A DNA stretch of 35,795 bases from the IMG/VR virus record IMGVR_UViG_3300034127_000023, positions 1 to 35,795 of that record, one strand, 5' to 3'. The first letter of the stretch is position 1. Each line of letters starts with the position of its first letter. A program made the translations under genes and the position numbers. The notes under the pieces were generated by a model. That model saw nothing but the letters and a program-made list of their open reading frames with translations. It was not told the DNA's origin and made no database searches. This document shows, in pieces, positions 9,613 to 17,812 of this stretch. This DNA is from a virus (taxonomy: Duplodnaviria > Caudoviricetes).

Positions 9613-9683
9613 TTCTCTCGGTAGGAATCGAACCTACAACCTGTCGAAAAACATTCAACGCTCTACCATTAAGCTACGAGAGA
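9613..9683 (-). tRNA. Atypical tRNA-like element, possible Asn (GTT), no encoded CCA
   Basis: Acceptor TCTCTCG/CGAGAGA. D arm TAGCTTAATGGTAGAGC. T arm GTAGG-TTCGATT-CCTAC. Anticodon arm GTTGA-ATGTTTT-TCGAC is non-canonical. Confidence 0.65.
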
Positions 9684-9687
9684 ACAT

Positions 9688-9849
9688 TTATTTAAGACTT
9701 GTTTTCTTAACCATTTTTTTAACAAGCATTTTATCTTCTTTAACATCCGGATGCTTTGAAGACTCTTCCATGTGTTTTTTAGCCATCTCATGATGCTCTG
9801 CTGCTTTCTTCATATGATGCGCTGCTTTTTTCTGGTGCATAACTGCCAT
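9688..9849 (-). CDS. His/Lys-rich small protein, 53 aa
   Basis: MAVMHQKKAAHHMKKAAEHHEMAKKHMEE. AAGGAG SD supports the start at 9849. Confidence 0.7.
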   Translation of the reverse strand: MAVMHQKKAAHHMKKAAEHHEMAKKHMEESSKHPDVKEDKMLVKKMVKKTSLK

Positions 9850-9863
9850 TTTTACTCTCCTTG

Positions 9864-10010
9864 TTAAAATCCAGTGCGTTTTCCGACTGTTCCTTTGCAA
9901 TTAGGTTTAGGCTTTTCTTTTGCCTCTTTTAAATATCCTTTTGATTTTTCTTTAAACTCTTTTTCAGTTGAGGTTTTCATTCCTAAGTTACTTACTTTAT
10001 TACCGAACAT
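9864..10010 (-). CDS. Small basic protein, 48 aa, not in ORF track
   Basis: GGGGAG SD, then MFGNKVSNLGMKTSTEKEFKEK...GKRTGF*. Confidence 0.6.
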   Translation of the reverse strand: MFGNKVSNLGMKTSTEKEFKEKSKGYLKEAKEKPKPNCKGTVGKRTGF

Positions 10011-10020
10011 TTTACTCCCC

Positions 10021-10233
10021 TTATTTATTTTTTTTTCCAATAACTTTATTTGCCTTCGAATCTATTTTTTCTTTTGATGCCTCAGAAAGCTTTCCTTTTC
10101 TTACCATCTGAGTTGCCCTTGCTTTTGCATTGATGGCATGACTCTTATCATTAATTGGATATTTTCTTTCACCAGGCAATCCAAAGCTCTTTTTAGGAAT
10201 TTTATTTCTTTTATTGGAAGTAAGTTCACTCAT
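10021..10233 (-). CDS. Small basic protein, DUF6582-like, 70 aa
   Basis: FGLPGERKYPINDKSHAINAKAR motif. Confidence 0.7.
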   Translation of the reverse strand: MSELTSNKRNKIPKKSFGLPGERKYPINDKSHAINAKARATQMVRKGKLSEASKEKIDSKANKVIGKKNK

Positions 10234-10236
10234 GAT

Positions 10237-10362
10237 TTATATCCTGTTTAGAATGTTTTCTTGTATTTTCATTTTTATATAATCTTCACTTATATCATAA
10301 ACATTATTTAATAATGATAGATGTATTTCAGGATCTTCCAAAGGCAAATGATATTCAATCAT
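10237..10362 (-). CDS. Small hypothetical protein, 41 aa
   Basis: Open frame MIEYHLPLEDPE... packed between neighbouring genes. Confidence 0.35.
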   Translation of the reverse strand: MIEYHLPLEDPEIHLSLLNNVYDISEDYIKMKIQENILNRI

Positions 10363-10363
10363 T

Positions 10364-10549
10364 TTAATCAAATGCTCTGAAATAAACTTTTCCAACATTA
10401 TAAATGTCCTCGTTTGTTAATTTTCTTTGTAATTTTTCTTTGTTTAAATTACGTTTTGCTTTTTTATTATTCGTATACATTGCATCAGCTAATCTTTTGG
10501 TAAAATTTGGATTCATTTTTTGGTTAATTTTATTTCTGTTAGCCATCAC
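10364..10549 (-). CDS. Small basic hypothetical protein, about 60 aa
   Basis: ORF track. AAGGA upstream. K/N/R-rich. Confidence 0.55.
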   Translation of the reverse strand: MMANRNKINQKMNPNFTKRLADAMYTNNKKAKRNLNKEKLQRKLTNEDIYNVGKVYFRAFD

Positions 10550-10563
10550 AAAATCCTTTTTTT

Positions 10564-10737
10564 CTATTTGTCTCTCTTATAAAGATTTTCCATAATCTTT
10601 GTTCTATATTGTTGAGATGCGCCATCTGTTAAATTATAAAGTGATTTATGAATTTGTTCCTTTGTAAATCCATCTCTTTCTAATTTCTCACATCCTCCTG
10701 GCTGTTCAAAATCCTTTAATGTTGGAGTGTATTTCAT
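10564..10737 (-). CDS. Small hypothetical protein, 57 aa, not in ORF track
   Basis: MKYTPTLKDFEQPGGCEKLERDGF... with a TAAGGA SD overlapping the portal stop. Confidence 0.55.
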   Translation of the reverse strand: MKYTPTLKDFEQPGGCEKLERDGFTKEQIHKSLYNLTDGASQQYRTKIMENLYKRDK

Positions 10738-10750
10738 AATAGTAATATCC

Positions 10751-12910
10751 TTATTTAGTTTTTTTATTTATTTCATGATGTAATTTTACAGAATCTCTAA
10801 TGCTGTTGTGATGATCCATTTCACGAGAATGTTCTCTGTCTTTTATTTCTGCAAGTTTTGCTGCTGTTTCAAGTGCATGATTAACTTCTGATGTCTGGGC
10901 CTCTTCTAAACGCACGGAGCTATCAATTTGAGCTTGCGTTACCTTTGATTCAGCAGTTAAAATTTCTGAATCAGCTAATTCTTTGTCTATGGCTAATCTT
11001 GCAATTTCAAACTGGTTATTTATTTGGTCTTGTTCTATTGAATGCTGTACTTTTTGTATTTCAGCCTGAGCTCTTATCATTTGTGGTTGCTGCATTGCCA
11101 TTTGTTGAGCCATTTGTACCTGCTGTTGTTGCTGCTGCTGTTGTTGCTCTAACCATTGTGGTATTGCTTCTTCTAATTCATCTGCTCCGTGCACTGTTAG
11201 ATTCTTGACTAATATTGGCAAGCCTTGAGGGCTGTTCATAAATTTGTTGAATTCTTCTGACACGCCCATCAATGCAATAATTTGTGTTAATGCTTGGTTT
11301 TTTTGAACTTGAAAGTTAACACCTGGTTCAATGTTGACGTAAATTGCACGCTCTTCGTAATCTAAATACGGCTGACCTTCTTGATTTATTTTTTGAGATG
11401 ACTTTTCACCCTTCATGTTCACTATTGAAATAGTTCTTTGACCTAATAGGTACTTGGGCATTAAATCAACGATAACATTAGCCACATGAGCCAGTGATTG
11501 GAGATAACCAACAACATAGGGCATAGATGCTGAATTACCCACAGACGCACTTTCAATAACCGCTTTCCCTGAAAGGTCATTGTCATTTTTCCCAAGATTT
11601 GAAGCGTAAGATCCAAGAATTGATTGAGTTGTGGCTTCTGTCATTTGAAAGGCATTCATTATTTCTGGAGGTGCGGGTGGGTTTTGCACTTCTCGGATAG
11701 GGTCTGGTATTGGTTTATCTGGATTGTTTTCGCTATAAGCATTTACAACTATAGTTGAAGCTATCTGAGGATTAGCTAGTGCTTTTAAATAATCGTCTTC
11801 TTGAGGGATTGATTCTTTCTTGATGATGAATTTAGACATATTCATGTTTTCAAGATAGTTAGCCAGGCATTGACCAGCGAAGTTCTTTAAATCTTGGGCG
11901 CCTTTTGCATTATATATATAAGGGCGCGTCATTAGGAAAGTTGTGTTTGAATTATCATTGGTAAGAACAACGGAGTTACCATCAAAAAATATATGTGGAA
12001 GATACGAATAGTCTGTTTCTTCATAACTTATAATTTGTGATTCAATGATTTTGTATCGACACACCGTCTCTAATTCAGTCCAACGAGGCTTGCCAACAAC
12101 GACAGGAAATTGTTCTATAACTTGTTCATCTTCCCAGTATTGTTGCATCTTTTTGTAATTTTTTTCTGTTATTACTTTTCCATTAGCAAGCTTCATAATT
12201 TTTACGCGGCGCTTTTTCTTTTCGTAATAATCAGCTACAAGAACAATCTTTTGCTCTTTAGAGTCTTTATATGACCAATTAAATCCTTCAATTTCTTTTG
12301 AGTATGATATGTTGCTAATTTTTACATCTGGATGCTGGTCTGTAAAATCTTCAATAGTCATCGGGAATATTTCAAATGACCATTTGCCATCACTTTTATC
12401 AGAATTTCTAGCCATTGGGTCAAACCCACATAACGTTGGGTCAAAGACTCTTTTTAAATAAATGTTTTGTTCCATTGACATGGGACTTGCAAAATCGGTA
12501 TAAACTTTTGCGACTGAAAATCCGCCAGTTAATAAATCTTTGTATATTTCGTATGAAAAGTTTTCTTTATTTGCTTGATAGATAATATGTCTTATATGAC
12601 CTTCCACAGTATCGATGACTTGATGGTTTACTGGGACGCCTTCGGCAGGTGAAACTTCTATTGAAGGCTCATGTTTTGCAAATTCACCTAAAAGCCGTGA
12701 TACATAGCTCTCAACAATATTAAATTCTACGACAGGCTTGTGCGCTTTATGAAGAAGTGCTTTTTGTTGTTGGTTAACAGTTGTTTCAAAGCAATATTTT
12801 CTAAATTCACGATATCGTCTTGAGTTTTCATGAAAATAAAGATATGACTTAGATATATTTTCTTTTATACGCGCAAGATTTGGCTGCGCTGACTTAATAA
12901 TTAGAGCCAT
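10751..12910 (-). CDS. Portal protein (P22 gp1-like), likely start ATG 12910
   Basis: About 720 aa. FDPMAR..D.SD..W.F and SGKAV motifs, Q-rich C-terminal barrel. Follows TerL. Confidence 0.9.
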   Translation of the reverse strand: MALIIKSAQPNLARIKENISKSYLYFHENSRRYREFRKYCFETTVNQQQKALLHKAHKPVVEFNIVESYVSRLLGEFAKHEPSIEVSPAEGVPVNHQVIDTVEGHIRHIIYQANKENFSYEIYKDLLTGGFSVAKVYTDFASPMSMEQNIYLKRVFDPTLCGFDPMARNSDKSDGKWSFEIFPMTIEDFTDQHPDVKISNISYSKEIEGFNWSYKDSKEQKIVLVADYYEKKKRRVKIMKLANGKVITEKNYKKMQQYWEDEQVIEQFPVVVGKPRWTELETVCRYKIIESQIISYEETDYSYLPHIFFDGNSVVLTNDNSNTTFLMTRPYIYNAKGAQDLKNFAGQCLANYLENMNMSKFIIKKESIPQEDDYLKALANPQIASTIVVNAYSENNPDKPIPDPIREVQNPPAPPEIMNAFQMTEATTQSILGSYASNLGKNDNDLSGKAVIESASVGNSASMPYVVGYLQSLAHVANVIVDLMPKYLLGQRTISIVNMKGEKSSQKINQEGQPYLDYEERAIYVNIEPGVNFQVQKNQALTQIIALMGVSEEFNKFMNSPQGLPILVKNLTVHGADELEEAIPQWLEQQQQQQQQQVQMAQQMAMQQPQMIRAQAEIQKVQHSIEQDQINNQFEIARLAIDKELADSEILTAESKVTQAQIDSSVRLEEAQTSEVNHALETAAKLAEIKDREHSREMDHHNSIRDSVKLHHEINKKTK

Positions 12911-14483
12911 GGTATAGACTTTCCTTGGTCTTAAAGAACTCATCCTGAGTTTTCATAATTTTAGCAGCAATTTCGTTTGATTTACTATCTATTTGGCTTA
13001 ATTTTGCAGGATATGCAAAAGTTAACGCAAGAGCATCTGCTTCATCACTTGAACGGATGCCTCTTTTTTTCATATCCTCTTTAGATTCCATTTGCAAACG
13101 GGTGTTTGAATCAAATTTATATTTAACATTACATAAATCAGCATGCAGAGAGTCGCTATCAGGTATTTGACTAGGCTCATCCATCAGCCATTGCTTCATT
13201 TCTCCCCACATTTCAGCGCGTTTATTAAGGTATCGTTCTGCGTTTAATGGTTTGCTGCCGAAATTTACCGGAACAACAAGATGTTTGTAACCTAATTCAC
13301 TTAACCTATCAACGACCCCTGCGCCTAGGCCGCCTACATCGACAAACACCTTATCGGGCCTTTCTTCTTGTATAATGCGATTAACAAGTCCTGTCACTTC
13401 CATAACGTCGCGCTTTACGTAAGATTGTAGATTGTACGCAACACGTCCTTTTCTCCTTATGATGGACGTTCTATCGTCTCCATAACGCGCAGGGTCAACG
13501 CCTATATAAAGATGGCCATATTGTTGAGCATTTGTTTTTCGAGACTTCATAACAAAGTCAGCTTCGATAAAGCTGTCTTCACCTGTTATTTGAAAAGCTT
13601 CTGTAGGATTGTTGGGGTATTCTTGCTTAAATGCTTTCTCTCCATTAAGCCCATTAACAGAAAGCTCAGCTATTTTAAAACGACGCCAGTTTAATTGTTC
13701 ATTTGATAATCCGTATTGGCGTTTAATGTCATCTTCATCCAATGTTGTGATGAATCCATCTAAGCAGGTTTTTTTATATTTATCTTGCCAAAACCAAGGA
13801 ACAAAGACGGCAATAAATTCTGATTGTCCCGCCTCAGCCTTTTGCCATGCTTGATGGTAATAATTGCCAACACCGTTCGCGGTCGATTCTAGTATTATTT
13901 CAGTTCCAGGGAGCCCTGGAACTGCTTGCATGATTCCTTTTGCATGCTCATCTGCATTTGACCAGAAAGCCACTTCTGACCCATGCAATAACTGTATAGT
14001 CGATGAGCGACCTACTGCCTTGTTTTCAGCAGTTCCAAGCTTGTAACCACTATCTAAAGAACCAAAAACCAGCTCTTTTGCGTTCGAAGTAGTTACTTCA
14101 GGCCTTACCAAATTTGGCGTGTTTTCATAATAACGTTGCGCCATCTTGTATAGATTCTGTGTTGCATCAAGTGCATGCGTTAATATAAACGCTTGTATGC
14201 CTCGATTGTGCGTCACTCTATGGTAAAACCTTGCTCCTACATAAGTAGAGCATCCTTGCTGCCTTCCCTTAAGCACAACTGCTCGCACGAATCCTGTGCT
14301 TTCCTTTTGTGCTTCTAATCTGCTATGTATGTATTTTTGTGCTGTATTTAGATCAAAATTTACAATACTTCCAGATTCACTTCTTATCTTAAGACATTTC
14401 CTTGCATAGTGTGGAAAATCATCCTTTAGCTTTTGTCTTATCTTTTTTTCTTCGGGCGTCATCCTGCCATCCTTTATTTTCAT
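12894..14483 (-). CDS. terL: Terminase large subunit (start 14483 or 14462)
   Basis: Walker A VLKGRQQGCST, Walker B LLHGSE, ESTANG coupling motif, nuclease GVDPARYGDD and SSDEADALALTF. Confidence 0.95.
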   Translation of the reverse strand: MKIKDGRMTPEEKKIRQKLKDDFPHYARKCLKIRSESGSIVNFDLNTAQKYIHSRLEAQKESTGFVRAVVLKGRQQGCSTYVGARFYHRVTHNRGIQAFILTHALDATQNLYKMAQRYYENTPNLVRPEVTTSNAKELVFGSLDSGYKLGTAENKAVGRSSTIQLLHGSEVAFWSNADEHAKGIMQAVPGLPGTEIILESTANGVGNYYHQAWQKAEAGQSEFIAVFVPWFWQDKYKKTCLDGFITTLDEDDIKRQYGLSNEQLNWRRFKIAELSVNGLNGEKAFKQEYPNNPTEAFQITGEDSFIEADFVMKSRKTNAQQYGHLYIGVDPARYGDDRTSIIRRKGRVAYNLQSYVKRDVMEVTGLVNRIIQEERPDKVFVDVGGLGAGVVDRLSELGYKHLVVPVNFGSKPLNAERYLNKRAEMWGEMKQWLMDEPSQIPDSDSLHADLCNVKYKFDSNTRLQMESKEDMKKRGIRSSDEADALALTFAYPAKLSQIDSKSNEIAAKIMKTQDEFFKTKESLYHGSNY

Positions 14484-14703
14484 CCTCTATTTCAACAGGA
14501 TCGGGCATACAAAAGTGAGTTATTTCACTTTCTCCAAGCGCTATTTCATCAATGTAACAAGTTGGTTCAAATTTACAGCCATCTTCTTCGTTAGAATGAT
14601 AACGAGCATTGCAAATTACTGAATCATTGTCTTTTTTTCTAACAATATGCACTAATACATGGCCAACAACCGGTATATATTTCTTAACGCTATACCATTT
14701 CAT
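14419..14703 (-). CDS. Hypothetical protein, DUF551-like pattern
   Basis: MKWYSVKKYIP...ITHFCMPDP. Confidence 0.5.
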   Translation of the reverse strand: MKWYSVKKYIPVVGHVLVHIVRKKDNDSVICNARYHSNEEDGCKFEPTCYIDEIALGESEITHFCMPDPVEIEDENKGWQDDARRKKDKTKAKG

Positions 14704-15029
14704 GTTTTTTTCTTTTCCTTTTCCTTTCCTTTTTTATCCGCCAAAATATTTAACATTTTTAAATTGTTATTTGATACGATGGCCTTGATTGATTTAATTT
14801 CATTAGCGCAGGAATACTCCATGTCATCAGTAAGTTTACTTAATCTCTCTAATTCTTCTTCCAAATATTTTAATTTTTTATCTTGATTATTAATTCTTTC
14901 TAATAAATTAACGTTAAAGTCCGACAAATCTTTATTAAATTTATCAACTGCATTAGAAATAAAAGACATTTTAATGTTAACAACAGAATTTATAATTTCA
15001 TTTAATTTTTTTTTATATATAAATATCAT
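14700..15029 (-). CDS. Coiled-coil hypothetical protein, 109 aa
   Basis: ATGA overlaps with both neighbours. Heptad L/E/K pattern. Confidence 0.6.
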   Translation of the reverse strand: MIFIYKKKLNEIINSVVNIKMSFISNAVDKFNKDLSDFNVNLLERINNQDKKLKYLEEELERLSKLTDDMEYSCANEIKSIKAIVSNNNLKMLNILADKKGKEKEKKKT

Positions 15030-15133
15030 TTTTTAGACTTCGCACTTAAAAGTTTCAAGGCTATACCGACAAAAATAGCAGTTATTGATGTTAATGAAAT
15101 AAGACTTAAAATAGTTATATACGCATCAATCAT
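15026..15133 (-). CDS. 35-aa single-TM peptide, not in ORF track
   Basis: AAAGGAG SD. MIDAYITILSLISLTSITAIFVGIALKLLSAKSKK*. Stop overlaps the next ATG. Confidence 0.65.
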   Translation of the reverse strand: MIDAYITILSLISLTSITAIFVGIALKLLSAKSKK

Positions 15134-15168
15134 TTACCAACTCTCCTTTTAGTTATTTGATAATTAAT

Positions 15169-15705
15169 TCATTTAATATCATCAGACTCTATTGTTTCTG
15201 CCTTGTCTTTTTCTGGGCTTCTATAAATAATCCCTGCCTTTTTTCTAAAATTCTTTCGTATTTTTTCGTCTTCAAAAATATGATCGCCTAAAAAATCAAG
15301 GGAATTCTTTATTTTTCTAATGCTTTCTTCCAGATATTTGTATTTATTAAAAAACTTAGTTTCAAAATCATTTTTAATTCCATCAACTGGACAAAAATAA
15401 TTTCTTTTTATAGCAATAAGTGTTTCAGCATTTATTCCATACATTTTTAAAATGTCTGCATCTGGACAATTTTTATTAAGGTGAGATTTTATTTTTCTAA
15501 GGTCATCAAGGGATGGATTTCTGTCGAAATCTCCATTATTTTGAAGTTCTCGCCACTCTGACATACAAAGACCTTTGTATTTTTTACGAGGCTTCCAGTC
15601 ATCTATAGAAGTATTTTCATCGTCATTATTATCCTTAACAACGCCTGTCTTAATATCTTCATCAAAAGCATCTAAATCAAAAGACGAACAATCAGCAAAT
15701 TCCAT
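15169..15705 (-). CDS. Hypothetical protein with acidic N-terminus, 178 aa
   Basis: ORF track. AAGGA upstream. Confidence 0.65.
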   Translation of the reverse strand: MEFADCSSFDLDAFDEDIKTGVVKDNNDDENTSIDDWKPRKKYKGLCMSEWRELQNNGDFDRNPSLDDLRKIKSHLNKNCPDADILKMYGINAETLIAIKRNYFCPVDGIKNDFETKFFNKYKYLEESIRKIKNSLDFLGDHIFEDEKIRKNFRKKAGIIYRSPEKDKAETIESDDIK

Positions 15706-15731
15706 TGCATGTTTCCTTGTTTAATTTTAAA

Positions 15732-16169
15732 TTATTCCAATTCTTTTAAAGCATCTTCATGTTTTATAATAACAGTGGTTTCATTATGCATTTTTTCGCC
15801 GTATAACTTTGGAACAAGTTTAGATGCCATCCATTTACGCGAATCAATTTTAGATCTCAATACGGAGGCATCAATTCGCCTTTGTCCCTTTTCATCAATA
15901 AAATCATGAGGCTCATTTGCTAAATCATTAATATCATTTATAAATACTTCTATTTGATTTTTTTTTGCTTCCGCATATTTCTGCGCGAACTCTGGGTATT
16001 TATTTAGCCATTCGTACACAGCGCGAGCATTTGGAAATTTAGGATGTATTTTGCAAATGGTTTCTAAACCACAGTTTGTTGCGGCAATTGCGTTACAAAT
16101 ATCAGTAGCAATTTGTTCATTGTATGTAGTAGGTCTTCCACCAGGATTTTTAGGCTTATCAATTGTCAT
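15732..16169 (-). CDS. terS: Terminase small subunit (Sf6 gp1-like)
   Basis: GRPTTYNEQIATDIC...VYEWLNKYPEFAQKYAEAK...KIDSRKWMASKLVPKLYG. Confidence 0.9.
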   Translation of the reverse strand: MTIDKPKNPGGRPTTYNEQIATDICNAIAATNCGLETICKIHPKFPNARAVYEWLNKYPEFAQKYAEAKKNQIEVFINDINDLANEPHDFIDEKGQRRIDASVLRSKIDSRKWMASKLVPKLYGEKMHNETTVIIKHEDALKELE

Positions 16170-16353
16170 GATTTACCTTTTTAGGTCTTCCAACTTTTTT
16201 TATTGATTCAAATTGATTAGAGAAGTTTTCAGCGCTGGTTATTGTTGATTCGGATGTTTTTTTAGGCGATACACAGGTATAGCAGTCTTGATAAATTCCG
16301 CCAAATCCTATCAATCTCCTACAACCCATGCATGTCGGGCATTCTCCAGCCAT
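16159..16353 (-). CDS. Small zinc-finger protein with AT-hook-like GRPKK, 64 aa; first gene of the packaging operon
   Basis: CPTCMG...CYTC and KVGRPKK. Confidence 0.65.
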   Translation of the reverse strand: MAGECPTCMGCRRLIGFGGIYQDCYTCVSPKKTSESTITSAENFSNQFESIKKVGRPKKVNHDN

Positions 16354-16384
16354 AATAACTATCCTTAGTTAGCTTAAATCAATA

Positions 16385-16477
16385 ATACGTAAAATATATT
16401 TTATTATCAATGTGCTTAATAATTATTTTGTTATACACGTAAATATATGTTGACGTATAATATATTTTACGTATAAT
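16385..16477 (+). promoter_or_regulatory. Early promoter with ACGT operator-like boxes and a 16-bp inverted repeat
   Basis: TTGACG(16450)-16 nt-TATAAT(16472). ATACGTAAAATATATT (16385-16400) is inverted at 16459-16474. Confidence 0.75.
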
Positions 16478-16545
16478 AATTTTATTGCGTACACGTTTAT
16501 TACAGTACGTAATAATAAATATTATTTGTAAAAAAGGAGAATACA

Positions 16546-16743
16546 ATGGATCTAAATAATAAAACGGACAGGAAAGAAACAGAGAAAAAAGAATTATATT
16601 ATTTTATAGGCGTGGTACATGAATCTATTAACGATATAAGAGATATATGCGACAACACCGATTCAGTTATTTATAAATCTTTGAATACATTGATAACCTA
16701 TATGAATACAAAGATTCATGAACTCCACAAAATTCATGAATAA
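16546..16743 (+). CDS. Early hypothetical protein, 65 aa
   Basis: AAGGAG SD. First ORF after the promoter. Confidence 0.7.
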   Translation: MDLNNKTDRKETEKKELYYFIGVVHESINDIRDICDNTDSVIYKSLNTLITYMNTKIHELHKIHE

Positions 16744-16758
16744 ATTACATTAAAACAC

Positions 16759-16798
16759 GCATAGCACTCTTAGGCCGACAAGACAGAAAGTGCTATGC
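16759..16798. terminator. Intergenic hairpin, 10-bp stem
   Basis: GCATAGCACT-N20-AGTGCTATGC, followed by GTGTTTT on the minus strand. Confidence 0.55.
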
Positions 16799-16880
16799 CA
16801 AACTTGCCTAAGCAAATTTTTTCGAATACTAACTCATGAATAGTAATTTGTAAATTTGTTTGGGCATAAGGAGTATGCAA

Positions 16881-17003
16881 ATGACAAATGATTACAAATT
16901 TGGCCTTATGGATGGATGGCACGGAGACGAACATTTTTCTGATTTTGATGATCCAGAAAAGGATTTTGATTATTACGAATCAGACGACGGATGGGTCGAA
17001 TAA
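16881..17003 (+). CDS. 40-aa highly acidic peptide, not in ORF track
   Basis: TAAGGAG SD. MTNDYKFGLMDGWHGDEHFSDFDDPEKDFDYYESDDGWVE*. TAATG coupling to the next ORF. Confidence 0.65.
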   Translation: MTNDYKFGLMDGWHGDEHFSDFDDPEKDFDYYESDDGWVE

Positions 17004-17194
17004 TGAATATAACCGATCTCGCTGAGACTGATGTTAATTTTGAAGTTTTAAAAGATAGTAAATATTGGGATTTTACCTTTTATGCAAAAGTTCACGATGA
17101 TTATGAATACATGCAATCTTTAAATAGATCTGATATAGAAAGACTTCGCATAAATTGTAAAAAAATATTAAAAGCTACCCATAATCTTTTATAA
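17003..17194 (+). CDS. Early hypothetical protein, 63 aa (MNITDLAE...)
   Basis: TAATG stop/start overlap. Confidence 0.65.
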   Translation: MNITDLAETDVNFEVLKDSKYWDFTFYAKVHDDYEYMQSLNRSDIERLRINCKKILKATHNLL

Positions 17195-17199
17195 ATTAG

Positions 17200-17232
17200 A
17201 GCGCAGCAATTAATTGTGGTAACTGCTGCGCT
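17200..17232. terminator. Intergenic GC-rich hairpin
   Basis: AGCGCAGCA-N15-TGCTGCGCT. Confidence 0.55.
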
Positions 17233-17302
17233 TACAGCCAGGGATAACTGTTAAACCTATAAAACAGTCTTAAAAAGAATATCATTAATTAGGGATTAAG
17301 CA

Positions 17303-17551
17303 ATGACAAAAAATGAAAAGGTAAAAATTATTAAATCTATATTGGAAAAAAAAGAGTTTATTACAAATAAAATGGATGAATTACTTAATCCATTAATTTA
17401 TATAAAAAATAAAGACGATTTTGACAACGATGAAATGTTTACAGATATTTCAAATTTTTTTTATTCGGCAACTTGTTCAATCAATAAATTTTCTCAGTTA
17501 TTAGAAAATGAATTGAAATTAAGTCAAAATACAACCAAAAATTTAAATTAA
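17303..17551 (+). CDS. Hypothetical protein, 82 aa
   Basis: ORF track. AGGGA SD. Confidence 0.6.
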   Translation: MTKNEKVKIIKSILEKKEFITNKMDELLNPLIYIKNKDDFDNDEMFTDISNFFYSATCSINKFSQLLENELKLSQNTTKNLN

Positions 17552-17812
17552 TTAAACTTTAAAGTTATTTATTTTTTCTCTTAAATAACTGTTGGCCTTA
17601 AAACGAGCTACATTCTGTTTTAAGGCGATTTTCTCCTCTAAAGCCATCTCTGTATTCCATATGTGACAATAATTCCGTAAAACTCGTTTCTGTTCGTTTT
17701 CAGGCATATGATAGATTACATTTTGAATAAACTTATAATCTTCTTTTAATAATTCAAATCCTTGGCTTTTTACATAGTTTTTAAAATCTTTGTAATACCA
17801 ATTTCTAAGCAT
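17552..17812 (-). CDS. Hypothetical protein after the replication genes, 86 aa
   Basis: GGGGA SD. C-terminal ARFKANSYLR. Confidence 0.65.
   Translation of the reverse strand: MLRNWYYKDFKNYVKSQGFELLKEDYKFIQNVIYHMPENEQKRVLRNYCHIWNTEMALEEKIALKQNVARFKANSYLREKINNFKV

Noticed and set aside
9850-9900. CsrA-like ILTRR in the ORF-track extension of 9688..9900
   Set aside because: It lies upstream of the SD-supported start at 9849 and overlaps another gene. The rest of the protein has no CsrA similarity.
11095-11150. CAG/CAA repeat tract
   Set aside because: It encodes the ordinary poly-Gln C-terminal region of the portal.
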